Shown here one piece after another: positions 26,380 through 37,490 of a stretch of 64,000 nucleotides of DNA; the first letter of the stretch is position 1, and each line of letters starts with the position of its first letter. The DNA is taken from assembly GCA_024679065.1 (NCBI GenBank), contig JAGIQG010000040.1, positions 9,424,001-9,488,000 of the forward strand. Reading direction: 5' to 3'. The notes below the pieces were generated by a model. That model did not search any database, had not been told where the DNA came from, and was given only the letters and a program-made list of their open reading frames with translations. The stretch comes from Sphyrna mokarran. Lineage: Eukaryota. Made by a program: the position numbers and the translations under genes.

Positions 26380-27147
26380 GTGCAATTTGCGTTTGTGTGC
26401 ATATGGATGAGCATCTCGATATACATTAACCTTTGATCCTGCGTTAATGTGGTGCATGAGGGTTAATGAATGGGTTCATTTGCTTGTGCTTGTTGATTCG
26501 TGTTGTGTGTCTGCGTCTGTGTATATTTTATTCAGCTGACATTGTGGATGCACGGCTCTTATTTTATGAAGTCTATACATATTTACTAATGCCATTCACA
26601 ATATGGGCATGTATTCATGCCCATTTTAATATGTTCATTTCTGTCACACGAGGATGGTTTTCTTCCCATTCTGTGTGAGTCTGTTGCTCTGTCTTTTTGT
26701 GCGCATATCTGTTAACATGTTGGTGCCTGTATATCCGTGTTGATAGTTCTTCATAATGCTCTGTTGATTTATGTTTGTGTTTCCGTGTGCAGCAATGTGT
26801 GCTATGGTGTTTTTTTCTCTATGAGCATAGTAATGTGTTGTGTGTGAAAGTTTGAATTTGGCCATCTATCTGCCCTCTGTTAATGTGTCATATGTATTTT
26901 CCATGTTTGAGTGTTAATGTGTAGAACATTACGTGTCTCTGTGTCTGTATTCCTGTCAGTGTGAACATCTGATAATATGTATTATCTGAGTGTATGCGTG
27001 TGTTTGTGTCTTTATGTGGACCTGCATGTATGTGCTCCTGTCTGTAATGTGAATACGCATATATCTGCTGAGCTTGGATCTGTGTACCTATTCGTATATG
27101 CTTATGCGTGTGTTATACTTGTGTGTTTGCATTTCTATGTGTGCGTG

Positions 27148-27185
<38 letters not shown>

Positions 27186-27760
27186 CGGATGCGCGTGTGT
27201 GTGTATACATATTTGATTATTTGGATTCATGCTGTTTTTCTGCCTGTTTGTACAAGGCATGTCAATGAGTCCATTTGCGTGCGTGCTTGCGTGCGTGTGT
27301 GGTGAGAGAGAGAATGGATGTATGTATGCCTCTATACATTTGTGCATGGAAGTATTTCTGTCAGAGCGTATTTGTCTATGTGAGTATTTTTGTTCGCGTA
27401 TGTGTTGCCCATGAGTGTACTTGCGTGAGCTTGCTTGTTTGTGTTCGTTTGTCTATGTCTTGCATGAACTTATGGTGTATGAATGCGTGTTTGTATGCAT
27501 ACATATTTCTTTGTGTCTTTGTGCATGTATTTATCTGTGTTCTGCATGTGTGTGCTTTTGTATTTGTATTTGAATGTGCTTGTCCGTTTTTCTGTATATA
27601 TGTGTGCGTGTGTGGCGGGGGGGGGATGTACATGCGATTGTGTGTGTCTTGTGTCTTTCTGTATTTGTGTGCGTACGTGTGAGTATATGTATTTGTACGC
27701 ACGTCTATGTGTGTACTTATGACACTTCTGTGCAGTATTGTCAGTGTGTGCATTTTTTAA
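26380..27760. repeat. Degenerate (TG)n-rich tract in the CH4-TM1 intron
   Basis: About 1.4 kb of TG/TA-dominated low complexity with a purer core at ~27138-27205. Confidence 0.9.
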
Positions 27761-28798
27761 ACTGTTGCTCCATGTTTTCCTGAAATCATTAACTGAACAT
27801 GATGCAAACAATATGAATAATGAACTATATTTTCAGTGTTTGCTGCATGGATTTATTTTATATTAGTGTCACGGTGACATCAGGAGATCGAATGAAATAA
27901 TGCATTTATGCATCGCAGAAACCCAGGGACAGACAAGTGAAAATCGGTGAGGATTCTATTATTTGTTTAAATTTGTATCATGGGAAATCAATGCCAAAAC
28001 ATTATTAACAGAAACAAGAGTATTGAAATATGTTTAAATTATGCTGCATAAGTATATATGTATTACAATGATTAAGATAGTGATACTTCAGCACCTGGAG
28101 CAAGTAAACCGGGAGCTAATTTGTACTGTTGGGTACTTATCGTAGATAGCATTCATTTCCAAACACACTACTTGGGGAGAGAGTGGAGAGAGAAATCATA
28201 GTTTCCCTCCCTCTACTTGGTGAAGCAATGCCCCTGAAGGTTTTAACTACTGAGGAAGTGGAGGTAAAGTGGATCAAACGTTCCTCCTGTTTTCATTGGG
28301 GAAGTTGTGGTACATGGGTTAGCTACTTCTGCTCCCCTCTCTTCTTGGGTGAGTAGGAATCTGGTATGTTAACAATTTCACTCTCCCTCTCTCTGATGGG
28401 GGGATTGTTGCTCCATGTTTCTGTGTGACCCTCACTTCGGTTTCCAGTGGGTGTGATGCAGCGGCTTAACGCTGACATCAATGGAGAAAGGGATGGGAAA
28501 TAGGAAAAGCAGAAACACCGAGATCTAAATGCTGTGCTTGTTTGTCAGAAGTGTTGAAATGGTTGGTTGTTTCCTCAACGGGAGGAAAGTCGGTAAAGAT
28601 ATTTTGCAGAATTCTGTAATGAATGTGCTCTACTCTGTCTCTAACCCAGGATGTATCTGAGCAGGGCGCACTGGTTCAATAAGACTTGGGCCCGAAACTG
28701 AAAATATCTGACTCAAAACAAAAATAAATAATGGAAGTAAAACTGAAAAACAATCAATTAAGCAATTGGACATTTAATTTATCGTTAGGGGAAAATAT

Positions 28799-28804
28799 TT
28801 TATT
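28799..28804 (-). terminator. Polyadenylation signal for secreted IgM mRNA
   Basis: AATAAA about 37 nt after the secretory stop codon. Confidence 0.7.
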
Positions 28805-28840
28805 CTTTTTGTTGAAGTTTTTGATGTAACCGAGTGATTC

Positions 28841-29229
28841 TCAATCACATGGCTTAACAATGCTCAGTATACGGGAAATGTCCACAAAACTGGGTTTACC
28901 GCTGGATTTGTCAACTGTTCTGTTGCTGAACTTCAAGGGGATGGCTTCATGTCCCACCACACAGGAGTAAGAAGCGCCGCTGGACCATTCCTCTGCTGCA
29001 ATGGATAACAGGCTGTACATGAAGAAGGAGTTATTGCCGTTCTCCGCCATCACCGCGGTGTTCCTGTAGCTCCCGGGATTCACCGGCTTGTCGTTGACGG
29101 TCCACTTGACGAAGATCTCTCGTGGGGAGAAACCTCTCACTGAGCAGCTGAGGGAGACATTTCTCTGAGCGGAGATTTCTTTTGCCGAGGGCAGGAGGAC
29201 AGAGACGAACGGTTCCCGCGGATTTGAAT
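28841..29229 (-). CDS. IGHM: IgM CH4 plus secretory tailpiece (…[42 protein letters not shown])
   Basis: ctgcag acceptor; internal donor G|GTAAA at 28900/28899 for the membrane form; TGA at 28841-28843; penultimate Cys. Confidence 0.95.
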
Positions 29230-29699
29230 CTGCAGAAATGTACAATAAATGTCAATAAACTGGAAAATCCTGGATACAATAAAACAGCTGGTGAGATATC
29301 TGAAAAAAAAATGCCGCAATTTCGATTGTAAAATTTTCCATTTTTGACTTCCAGCTTGGAGGAAAGGTGAGCATAATCGTTTTCTTAAATAACTCAGGAT
29401 TTGGCCTGGAAAGTTTCCAGCACAGAATCAAGTTATTCGGCCCAACTGATCTACCTTTTGTTTTAGTTTTCTATTTTTTTTTAATGTTCCAGATCAGTCT
29501 CCTCCCTCCTTATTCGATCTAAACCCAATAACAGCGTCTTCAGTTGACTTTTCATTTATCAACACATCAAATTTCCCCGTAACGATATCCACAGGCCCAG
29601 AGTCTTTAGTTAATCGAGTTTCCACTCAGGGGAGACCATTATTGCATTGACCATTACACAACACAGTAACACATTTATTGTTTCAATCTCTCAGCTCAC

Positions 29700-30008
29700 C
29701 TGTTTCCTTTTGGATAGATGTTTTTAAAGGAGTCGGCAGGTCCTGATGGCTCACCACGCACTCAAACACAGCCCCACTCAGCCAGGCTTGTGTCGAGGTG
29801 TTTAATTTGCTGATCACGCTGTCAGGATCCGCTCCTGGAATTTGGGCAATCTCTGATTTCACATACTTCGTGTCTCGGATCCAGGACACGTTAACTCCAT
29901 AAGGAGCATTAGAAATGATGCAGGTTAAAGTCACGATTGCCTCCATTGTGACCTGCTCTATTGGTGGTGGTTGTATCTTCACTGTGGAATCATGGCACTG
30001 GGAAGGAT
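29700..30008 (-). CDS. IGHM: IgM CH3 exon ([20 protein letters not shown]...LTCIIS...[14 protein letters not shown]...KET)
   Basis: 309 nt, cacag acceptor and G|GTGAG donor. Confidence 0.95.
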
Positions 30009-30922
30009 CTGTGAATGAAAAATGAAAATCAACCCAAGTTCCCACTTCAGAAGCAGGACATCAATCTTCAGCCTGAAGGAAACAAAGTCGCCTTCAATAT
30101 ATCAATCTCTAACTATGGCTTTTCAACTTCAGTGGAGGATGAAAAACCAGCTTACTCCATGAAATTATTCAATTTATTAATGTATTGCATTTGTGTATCA
30201 TTTCCATTAATCAGCATTGCAGAATCCCCAAACAAATACACCAGCCTGAACTCAGGGAAAAAAAGTACCAACCGTTGGTTGATAAATAGGGTGGATGTAC
30301 TTTTCAATATTTTACCCCTATGCTGTGACCTATGAAACAGTCCGATCTCTACTGTCTTTCTAAATCTTACCAGCTGTCTAAGGAAAAAGCTGACATCAAG
30401 GCCAGCTCGCTCACTATATTACTTCAAAATGGAAGGGGACATTCTTTCAAGGGGAGGCAGTGACATAAGGTGTTGGTCATTGGACTTGTAACCAAGAATT
30501 TGGCGACACAGAATCGAATCTCATCACAGTAAACATGAAATCTGAATTCTATAAAAATCTATAATTAAAAGTTGAAATGGTTATCATGAAGCCATGGCTG
30601 TAAAACCCATCCTAGTTCACAAATGCCCTTCAGCAGAGTAGACCTGTTGTCTTTATCTGGCTTGGCATGCATGTGACTCCAGATTCACAGCAACGTGGTT
30701 GACACTTAAGTGCCCTCAATTTTGGGAAATAAATGCTCATCTCACGAAGGAATAATATATAATTTATTTTCTGATGAAATTCTGAACGAGGCATTTTCCT
30801 AATACAGCAAACTGCATGAGCATAACTTAGAAGATGTTCTATGCTTTGTACCAACTTTAATAGATCCCCAATTCCGATTAATATCGGAATGAAATACTTT
30901 ATCCTCGGTTTGAGTGTCTTAC

Positions 30923-31228
30923 CTACAGATGCACTAGTGTTCTGACTCTGAGTGATTCCTTGATGATTGACCTGGCAGGTATAAACCACTTTGCTGAACC
31001 ATTCCCGCGCGGAGATTGTCAGCCGACTGCTGGCCGAGAAGTTCCCGTTCACTTGACAGGCGGGAGAGGTGACAATTCCTGAATCTAAGGGTTGTCCATT
31101 CTTCAGCCATTTCACCGTCACTGAATTTGGCTGGAAATCAATGATTGAACAGACGATGGTTGCAAATTTGCTTCTTGTGATTTCTTCACTGGAACTCACG
31201 GTGAGGATAACGGTTGGGGGAATGTCAC
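30923..31228 (-). CDS. IGHM: IgM CH2 exon ([17 protein letters not shown]...VCSIIDF...WLKNG...YTCQV...SASV)
   Basis: 306 nt, gaag acceptor and G|GTAAG donor, C1-set motif. Confidence 0.93.
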
Positions 31229-31419
31229 CTTCAACAAACATATGTTTCGATGTTACTTGAAGATTCAATTAACAACAATTAAAATTAGTCATTCTATTTC
31301 AGCACCAAAGCTGCCAATTTGAGAATTTTATCCATGGCTTTGTTGAACTAGCGGGGACATAGCGAATGGAATTCCGTCAAAAGTGTTACACAATGCATTT
31401 GTGGCGGGTAAACAAAGCA

Positions 31420-32040
31420 AGGAAATATTCAATAAAACAGAAGGTTGAGAGAGATTGAGGAAATGCAAGACCTTGTAGCGCATGTCCACAGTTGCATGTA
31501 AATGATAGGGTAACTGGACAAAATGATCAAGAAAGCATTTCGGATTGATTCTGCTAATGTGTGAGATATTGAACACAAAATCAGTGATGCAATGATGGAG
31601 CTGTATAGAACACTAGTTAGGCCACTTTTGGTGTTTGCTGCACAATTCTGGCGACCACAGGAGTGACGTAATGACTCTGGAGAGAGACGAGGTTACAAAA
31701 ATGTTGCTAGGGCGTGACAATTGCAGCCATGAGGCGAGATTGGATAGACAGGGGTTGTTCTTATTAGGAAAGGAGGAGGTTGAGGAGTGACGTAATTGTG
31801 GTTCACAAAATTATAAGGAACGTAGGTAGAAATCATTCATTCCCCAAGTGCAGGGTTCAATTACTGTGGAGCATGCTCATTTCAAAAAAATATATAGATC
31901 TGCATCTCAAGTGTACCTACAAGGCTACGAAGCAACGGCTAGAAAGAGGGCTTAAAATGCATGGCTAATGAATTTGTTCTCCCTTCTGGCCAGCACAGAT
32001 ATACTGGGCTAAATGGTCTCTTTCTGCATCGCAACATTTT
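31420..32040 (+). mobile_element. Degenerate CR1-type LINE 3' fragment in the CH1-CH2 intron
   Basis: LYRTLVRP.L and RRLRSD.IVVHKII remnants. Confidence 0.72.
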
Positions 32041-32198
32041 AGTGGTTTTCTGATGTTGAGCAACTTTTCAGTCAGTAGACATTTACTTGGATTTTGCACA
32101 GTTTATTTTTGTTTTCAGAATGTTACGAATCAGTTATAGCTAAGACGTTGCATAGTCCAACCACAACGCCTCTCTTACCAAGGTTTCACAACACTTAC

Positions 32199-32498
32199 AT
32201 GGCATTTCAACGCTCTTCACTGAGTCACGGTGTCGAACCTCACAGTCAATTTTGGGGCATTCTCCTTCTGAGTCGCTGATGGTTAACTGGCTGCTCAGGG
32301 TGTAGGTTCCCTTCGTGTTTCTCACTGATGGGAAAGTCTTAAACCCAGTGTTGATCTGCTGCCCACCTTTTTTCCAGATCAGTTTGGAGACATCTGGAGA
32401 GTAATCCATCGCCAAACATCCGTAGGTGATGGAGCCGTCGGAGTTCTGTTGTTGACAGGAGGAGACCAGGCTGTAGAGAGTGGATGGAGATGGTGTCA
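32199..32498 (-). CDS. IGHM: IgM CH1 exon ([18 protein letters not shown]...[12 protein letters not shown]...W...CEVRH...EMP)
   Basis: 300 nt, cccag acceptor and T|GTAAG donor, C1-set Cys/Trp/Cys, N-terminal Cys for light-chain linkage. Confidence 0.95.
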
Positions 32499-33077
32499 CT
32501 GGGAAAGAAAAGCCGATTGAACAAGTTAGACTCTTATTTCTGTTTAATAAGTCATCAAACATGTTGCTACAAATATGTTTTTGTATTAGATATAGCTCTT
32601 TGTATTAAAGGGATCAAGGGATATTGGTAGTAGGTGTGATCAAAGTGAATGGAGAAGCAGTCTCAAAGGGCCGAATGGCCTACTCCTGCCTCTTTCTTCA
32701 ATGTTTCTATCTCAAACATTGACTAGAATTACGAACTTATCCGAATATTTGCCGATTAAAACCTACATCCACCTTTGAGATAATGTTACTTCTTTCATTT
32801 GAGAATTATCATCTCTGTAGAAATTCATGTCCCTGTCTCCACCTCTATCAGATTAGAAAGAAAAAAAACTGGTTTCCTCAAAATGACATATCATTCATTG
32901 AATTAACAGAGAAGAGCAAATATTTTCTCCATTATTGTTGTCACTATTTCTTTCTCAAAAAAGCACCTTGTGATGAAGAAATTCTCTCTTCATTCATACC
33001 ACCCACTCACCGGATGAAGGCATTCCAAAAGGTCGCAACTCCAAATAAATCTATTGAACGTTAACCTGATGTTGGGA

Positions 33078-33577
33078 TGTGCAGATACATGGATTTGGGT
33101 CTGTGCCTGTGGGAGTTTGCGCATTCTCCCTGTGCTTGCGTTGGTTTTCTCTGGGTGCTCCGGTTTCCTCCCACATCGCAAAGATGTGCTCTTAGACTAA
33201 TTGGCAAAACAAATTCTCCCAAAATTGTCTCAAATCTGGTTTTTAATCCATACATCTATAAACTGTTCTTANNNNNNNNNNNNNNNNNNNNNNNNNNNNN
33301 NNNNNNNNNNNNNNNNNNNNTTTTATGAAATTTTCCAAAATTAGGATTAATATAATCATTATATATAGATATTAAAAATAGGATAATGATGTTGGTATAC
33401 GGGTGGCGCGGGAGGGCTCGTTGGGCCCGAAGGCTGTTTCCCGTGCTGTGTTGCTTAATTAAAAAAAAAACATGAGACAGGGATCGCGGGTAGACTGGGA
33501 ACACGGGGTGGCGGCGTGGGCTAGTGTGGGCGAAGGACCTGTTTCCGTGCTGTTTTGTGCTTGTTTTTTGTTCTTTG
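33078..33577 (+). mobile_element. V-SINE interrupted by a second SINE 3' end and a 49-N gap
   Basis: Near-identical to 24214-24501 outside ~33264-33470. Confidence 0.8.
33272..33320. other. Assembly gap (49 N)
   Basis: Run of N. Confidence 0.99.
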
Positions 33578-33939
33578 AATTCTTACTGTGTCCACACCAA
33601 ACTAACGCCGGCATCTCCACACTAGTTTTGGAAATCGCCTGTGTTCAAACTGATTGGTGCCCCTTCCTCTCTCCAACTCATTGCCTCTCACTGCACAAAA
33701 CGAAGATTAGTGACTTTGCTTCAAAAATACTTTCGGAATGAATACTTACTGAATGATCAGGAAACCCTTAATGTGAATGCAAATTCAAATAAATACAACA
33801 TTGACTAATTGAAGGATCATATATTAATAACAAGAGTTGGCCATTCGGGCCCTGAAGTCTCCTCCATCATTCACTGAGATTACACATAAGCTGATCGTGC
33901 TGGTCGCTTTATTTTGACCCTCCTCATTCAGCCTGTCGA

Positions 33940-35010
33940 TCACCCACACTCTGCCCATTTTTCCCCGGCTCTTTGCCCTTACTCCTGGCTTTCTGACTTC
34001 CCACCCGTCCATATCTCTGGACAATGCTCTTTTCCCCTTTCTTCCTGGTCTCTGTATTTTCACCTGGCTCTCCAAAATTTCCTCCAGTTCTATGCCCTCT
34101 CACCCGGCTCCCTGCCCTTTCTCCTGCCTCCCTGCCCTTTCCTTACTTTCCATTTTCCCACGGCTCTCTATCCTTTGTCCTGGCTCCTTGCACTTTTTCC
34201 TGGCTTTCTGCCCTGTTCTCCGGCGGTGTGTCGTTTCCCTTGCTGCGAACCCTTTCCCCCCTGACTCTCTACCCTCCCCCCACCCCTCTGTTCTCCCCTG
34301 GCTCTTTGGCATTGTCCCCTCCCCGAGCCACCAGCAATTCCTTCCAGCTCTCTGCACTCCCAGAGCAGCTTCTATATTTAAACACCAAACTGCTACTTGA
34401 GATCTTTTCTCTCTCTCGTTGCAGGTCACCACCACCCCCGCCCCGCCCCCACACAGATTCAGTGAGTGAGTGAGAGAATGTGAGTGCATGATGGTGAGTG
34501 ATTGAATGAGTGACAATGAGAAGGAGTAGAGCAGTTGGAGTGGTGATTCAGTGAAGACAGCTCATAGATAAGAAAGATTTTTACCTAGCCTTTTCCCGGA
34601 ATTTTATTCTCTGAGCCGGGAGTGTAAACAGGAAGTAGGCTCTAGTAAGAACTGGGAATTTTATTTTTTCTTTTAACCTTAGAGCGTTCACAAATCTCAT
34701 TGTTTCCAGAGGAGCAGTTGGAGTGGGGAGGGGAGGGGGTGTGGGTGCGTGAGTGAGCGTGAGAGAGAGAGTAGATGAATGTGTGTGGGTGTGTGAGTGA
34801 GTGGTGTTGGGTGGGTGGGTGAGTGGGGAGGGGGAGTAAGTGAGTGAGTGGGTAGAGGTGGGTGAAGGTGTGGGTGAATTAGTGAGAGAGTGAGGGTGGG
34901 TGGGTGATTGAGTGAGTGGAATTAAGCGGGTGAGTGAGTGAGTGGGGGTTGGTGGGTGAGTGAGTGAATGAGTGGGGGTGGGTGGGTGATTGCAGAGTGA
35001 GTGTCAGTGG
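33940..35010. repeat. Pyrimidine-rich tract (33940-34460) followed by GAGT/GGGT-rich tract (34715-35010)
   Basis: Strong strand asymmetry read directly. Confidence 0.8.
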
Positions 35011-35619
35011 ACCACCTTCTCTTCCTCTTCCTCTCCATCGATCTTTTCCCGATTCTCTATATTGATCAGCTTTCAGTAACAGGGCTGTGTAAAGTCAGGA
35101 ATCAGTGTAGATCACCGGGCAGCTGCTTTAATGTCGGTGCCTTTCTTTAAGAAACACGGATCAGTAAACAAATAGACAGACTGAGGGAGCTGGAAGGGAA
35201 GCTTAAAGCAAAACTAGGGTCACACAGGAATCAAACACCAAGTTTACACCAGTATTGGGGAGCCAGAAGGACTTAGTTTCAGGCAAGTCCCTTCTTCTTT
35301 AATGTGTTTATACGATCGGTGGAACACATGGAAATCTCCACTTCTGACCTCATGTTGGATGAAATGTCTCATTCATGAAGCAATAGAAGATTGTTGGTCC
35401 CAGAACAATTAGTCCTGCCGAGCTCCTGCAGTGATATCTCAACTTAGATGTTTGACTTCCAACAACCACTACCATTTTGCTTTGTGTTAAACATGACTCT
35501 AAACAGAGAAGAACTTCCCGGTGAAAATTATTCAGTTGAGTTTTACTCGATCTCATCATTCGGACCCTCATTCAAAATCAAATGGCGGTGGTCTGAGGTT
35601 GCGGGGGGTGGGGGGGGGG

Positions 35620-35925
35620 ATCATGGGCGCAGTGTCACAGTGATTGGCTCTACTGCCTCACAGTTCAATTCCCGATATGGGTTATCGTGTGTGGAGTTAG
35701 TTTGTTCACCCCATATCTCCTTGGGTTTCTGTCGGGCGCTCCTCTTACCTCCCACAGTCCAAAGATGTGCGGGTTCGATGGATTGGCCATGCTACATTGC
35801 CCTTAGTTTCAGGGGCACTAGTTGGAGTCAATACATGTGGTTATGGGAATAAGGCTTTCTCGGGATTGCTGTTGATGCAGACTCAATCGGCTGAATGGCC
35901 TCCTGCACTATCGGATCCTATGATG
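35620..35925 (+). mobile_element. V-SINE
   Basis: cctcccacagtccaaagatgtgcggg..gattggccatgcta. Confidence 0.78.
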
Positions 35926-35939
35926 TTAAGAACAGTCAC

Positions 35940-37490
35940 TCTGACGTATGTGAGATGGAAAGTGTGTGAGAGGGCATTTATGTGTGTGTGTGTGTGTGTG
36001 TGTGCACGCGAGAAAGAGAGATAGAGAGAGGGTGAATGTGTCTGTGAGTGTGTCTGTATGTGATAGACTGTGTTTGCACATCTGTGAGACAATGGGCTGC
36101 GTTTGCAAGAGGGGACAGTGTGTCTATTGGAAAGCAAAATAATCTATTTGTGAATGAGTGGAAGTGTCCATGGGATTATGTGTGAGTGTAAAAGATATGG
36201 ACAATGTGTGTGGGTGATACAAGTAATGTGTGTGTGTGTGTGTGTTTTGTGTGTGAGCGTGTGCGTGTGTCAGAGCGAGTTTATGGTTGAGAGAGAGAGA
36301 CGCTGTGAGTGAGACGGTGTCAGACACGAGTACTTTTGCAAGTGTGTGAGACACTGATCTATGTGTACAAGAGGAGAGAGTGTGCGTGAGAGACAGGACA
36401 TGAGATAGAGAATGTGTGCGTATGTGTGTGAGAAAGAAAGAGTGTTTGAAGAGTTATTTGTTATGTGTGTGCGAGTGTGTCTCTTCTTTAAATTGCGCGT
36501 GTGCGCGCGCACGCGCGCGTGTGTGTGGAGGGATGAGAAGAGCGTGCGAGCGAGAAAAAGTGTGACAATTAGACAGTGACTGCGTGAGTGTGTGTGAGTG
36601 TATTAATTGTTGAGAGAACATGTAGCTGTGATAGGTGGAGTGTTTAAGAGTGTTTACGCGTGTATTTGTGTGTAAGAGACGGAGAGGCTGTGTGCCTGTA
36701 AGAGCAGGGTGTTTGTGAGAGAGAGTCATTGAGAGCAAGATTGTGCATGTGTGAGGCAATGTGTAAGGGAGTGAGCGTGTGAAAGAGAGAGAAATATGTG
36801 CCTGTATAAGCGAATCCGCCTTCAAGTATGAGAGAGAGAGCATGTGAATGAGCGGGAGACAGAGTAAGAATACGGATAAGAGATTGAGAGAGAGATATTG
36901 TGTGTGTGTGTGCGAGAGAGAGAGAGTGAGAGAATGTGTGTGCGAGTTTGCTTATGTATGTGCATGTGTGCTTATGTGAGAGACTATGTGTGTAATAGCG
37001 TGTTAGAGTGTGTGTATGGATCTATGTTTTTGAGAAAGTGTGAGAGAGCTAGTGTGTAAGAGCAAGAATTACAGATGCAAGATAGTGTGTGCAAGGGAGA
37101 TCGAAGTAAATGCGTGTGAGAGAGAGTGTGCAAAAGGATTGTGAGAGTGTGTGTGAATAAATGTGAGACATCTTAAGTGTGTGTGACAGAGCGTGTGCGA
37201 AACCGTGAGGCTGTGCTTATGTGAGTGTTTGTGTCTGCGTGTAAGAGAGAATGTGCGTAGGACTATGTGCGTGTGAGTGCTTTTGTGTACGAGGGTCTGA
37301 GAAGCTAATTGAGAGAGCGAGAGTGTGTATGTATTTTTATTTGAGAGACTATACGTAGACCGCAAGAGAAAGAGAATGGTGTGAGAGATATCGTATGAGA
37401 GATATCGTATCGTGTGTACATGTGTGAGAGGATATGAGTGTATATATGTGTGTATTTATGTGTGTGGGAGTGTGTGGTGTGTGTAAGACT
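35940..37490. repeat. Degenerate (TG/AG)n tract in the J-CH1 intron
   Basis: About 1.55 kb of low complexity. Confidence 0.9.

Noticed and set aside
26977-27811. Cys/Val- and His/Thr-rich ORFs (also 35883-37365 and 12329-12837)
   Set aside because: Translation artefacts of TG/CA low-complexity repeats.
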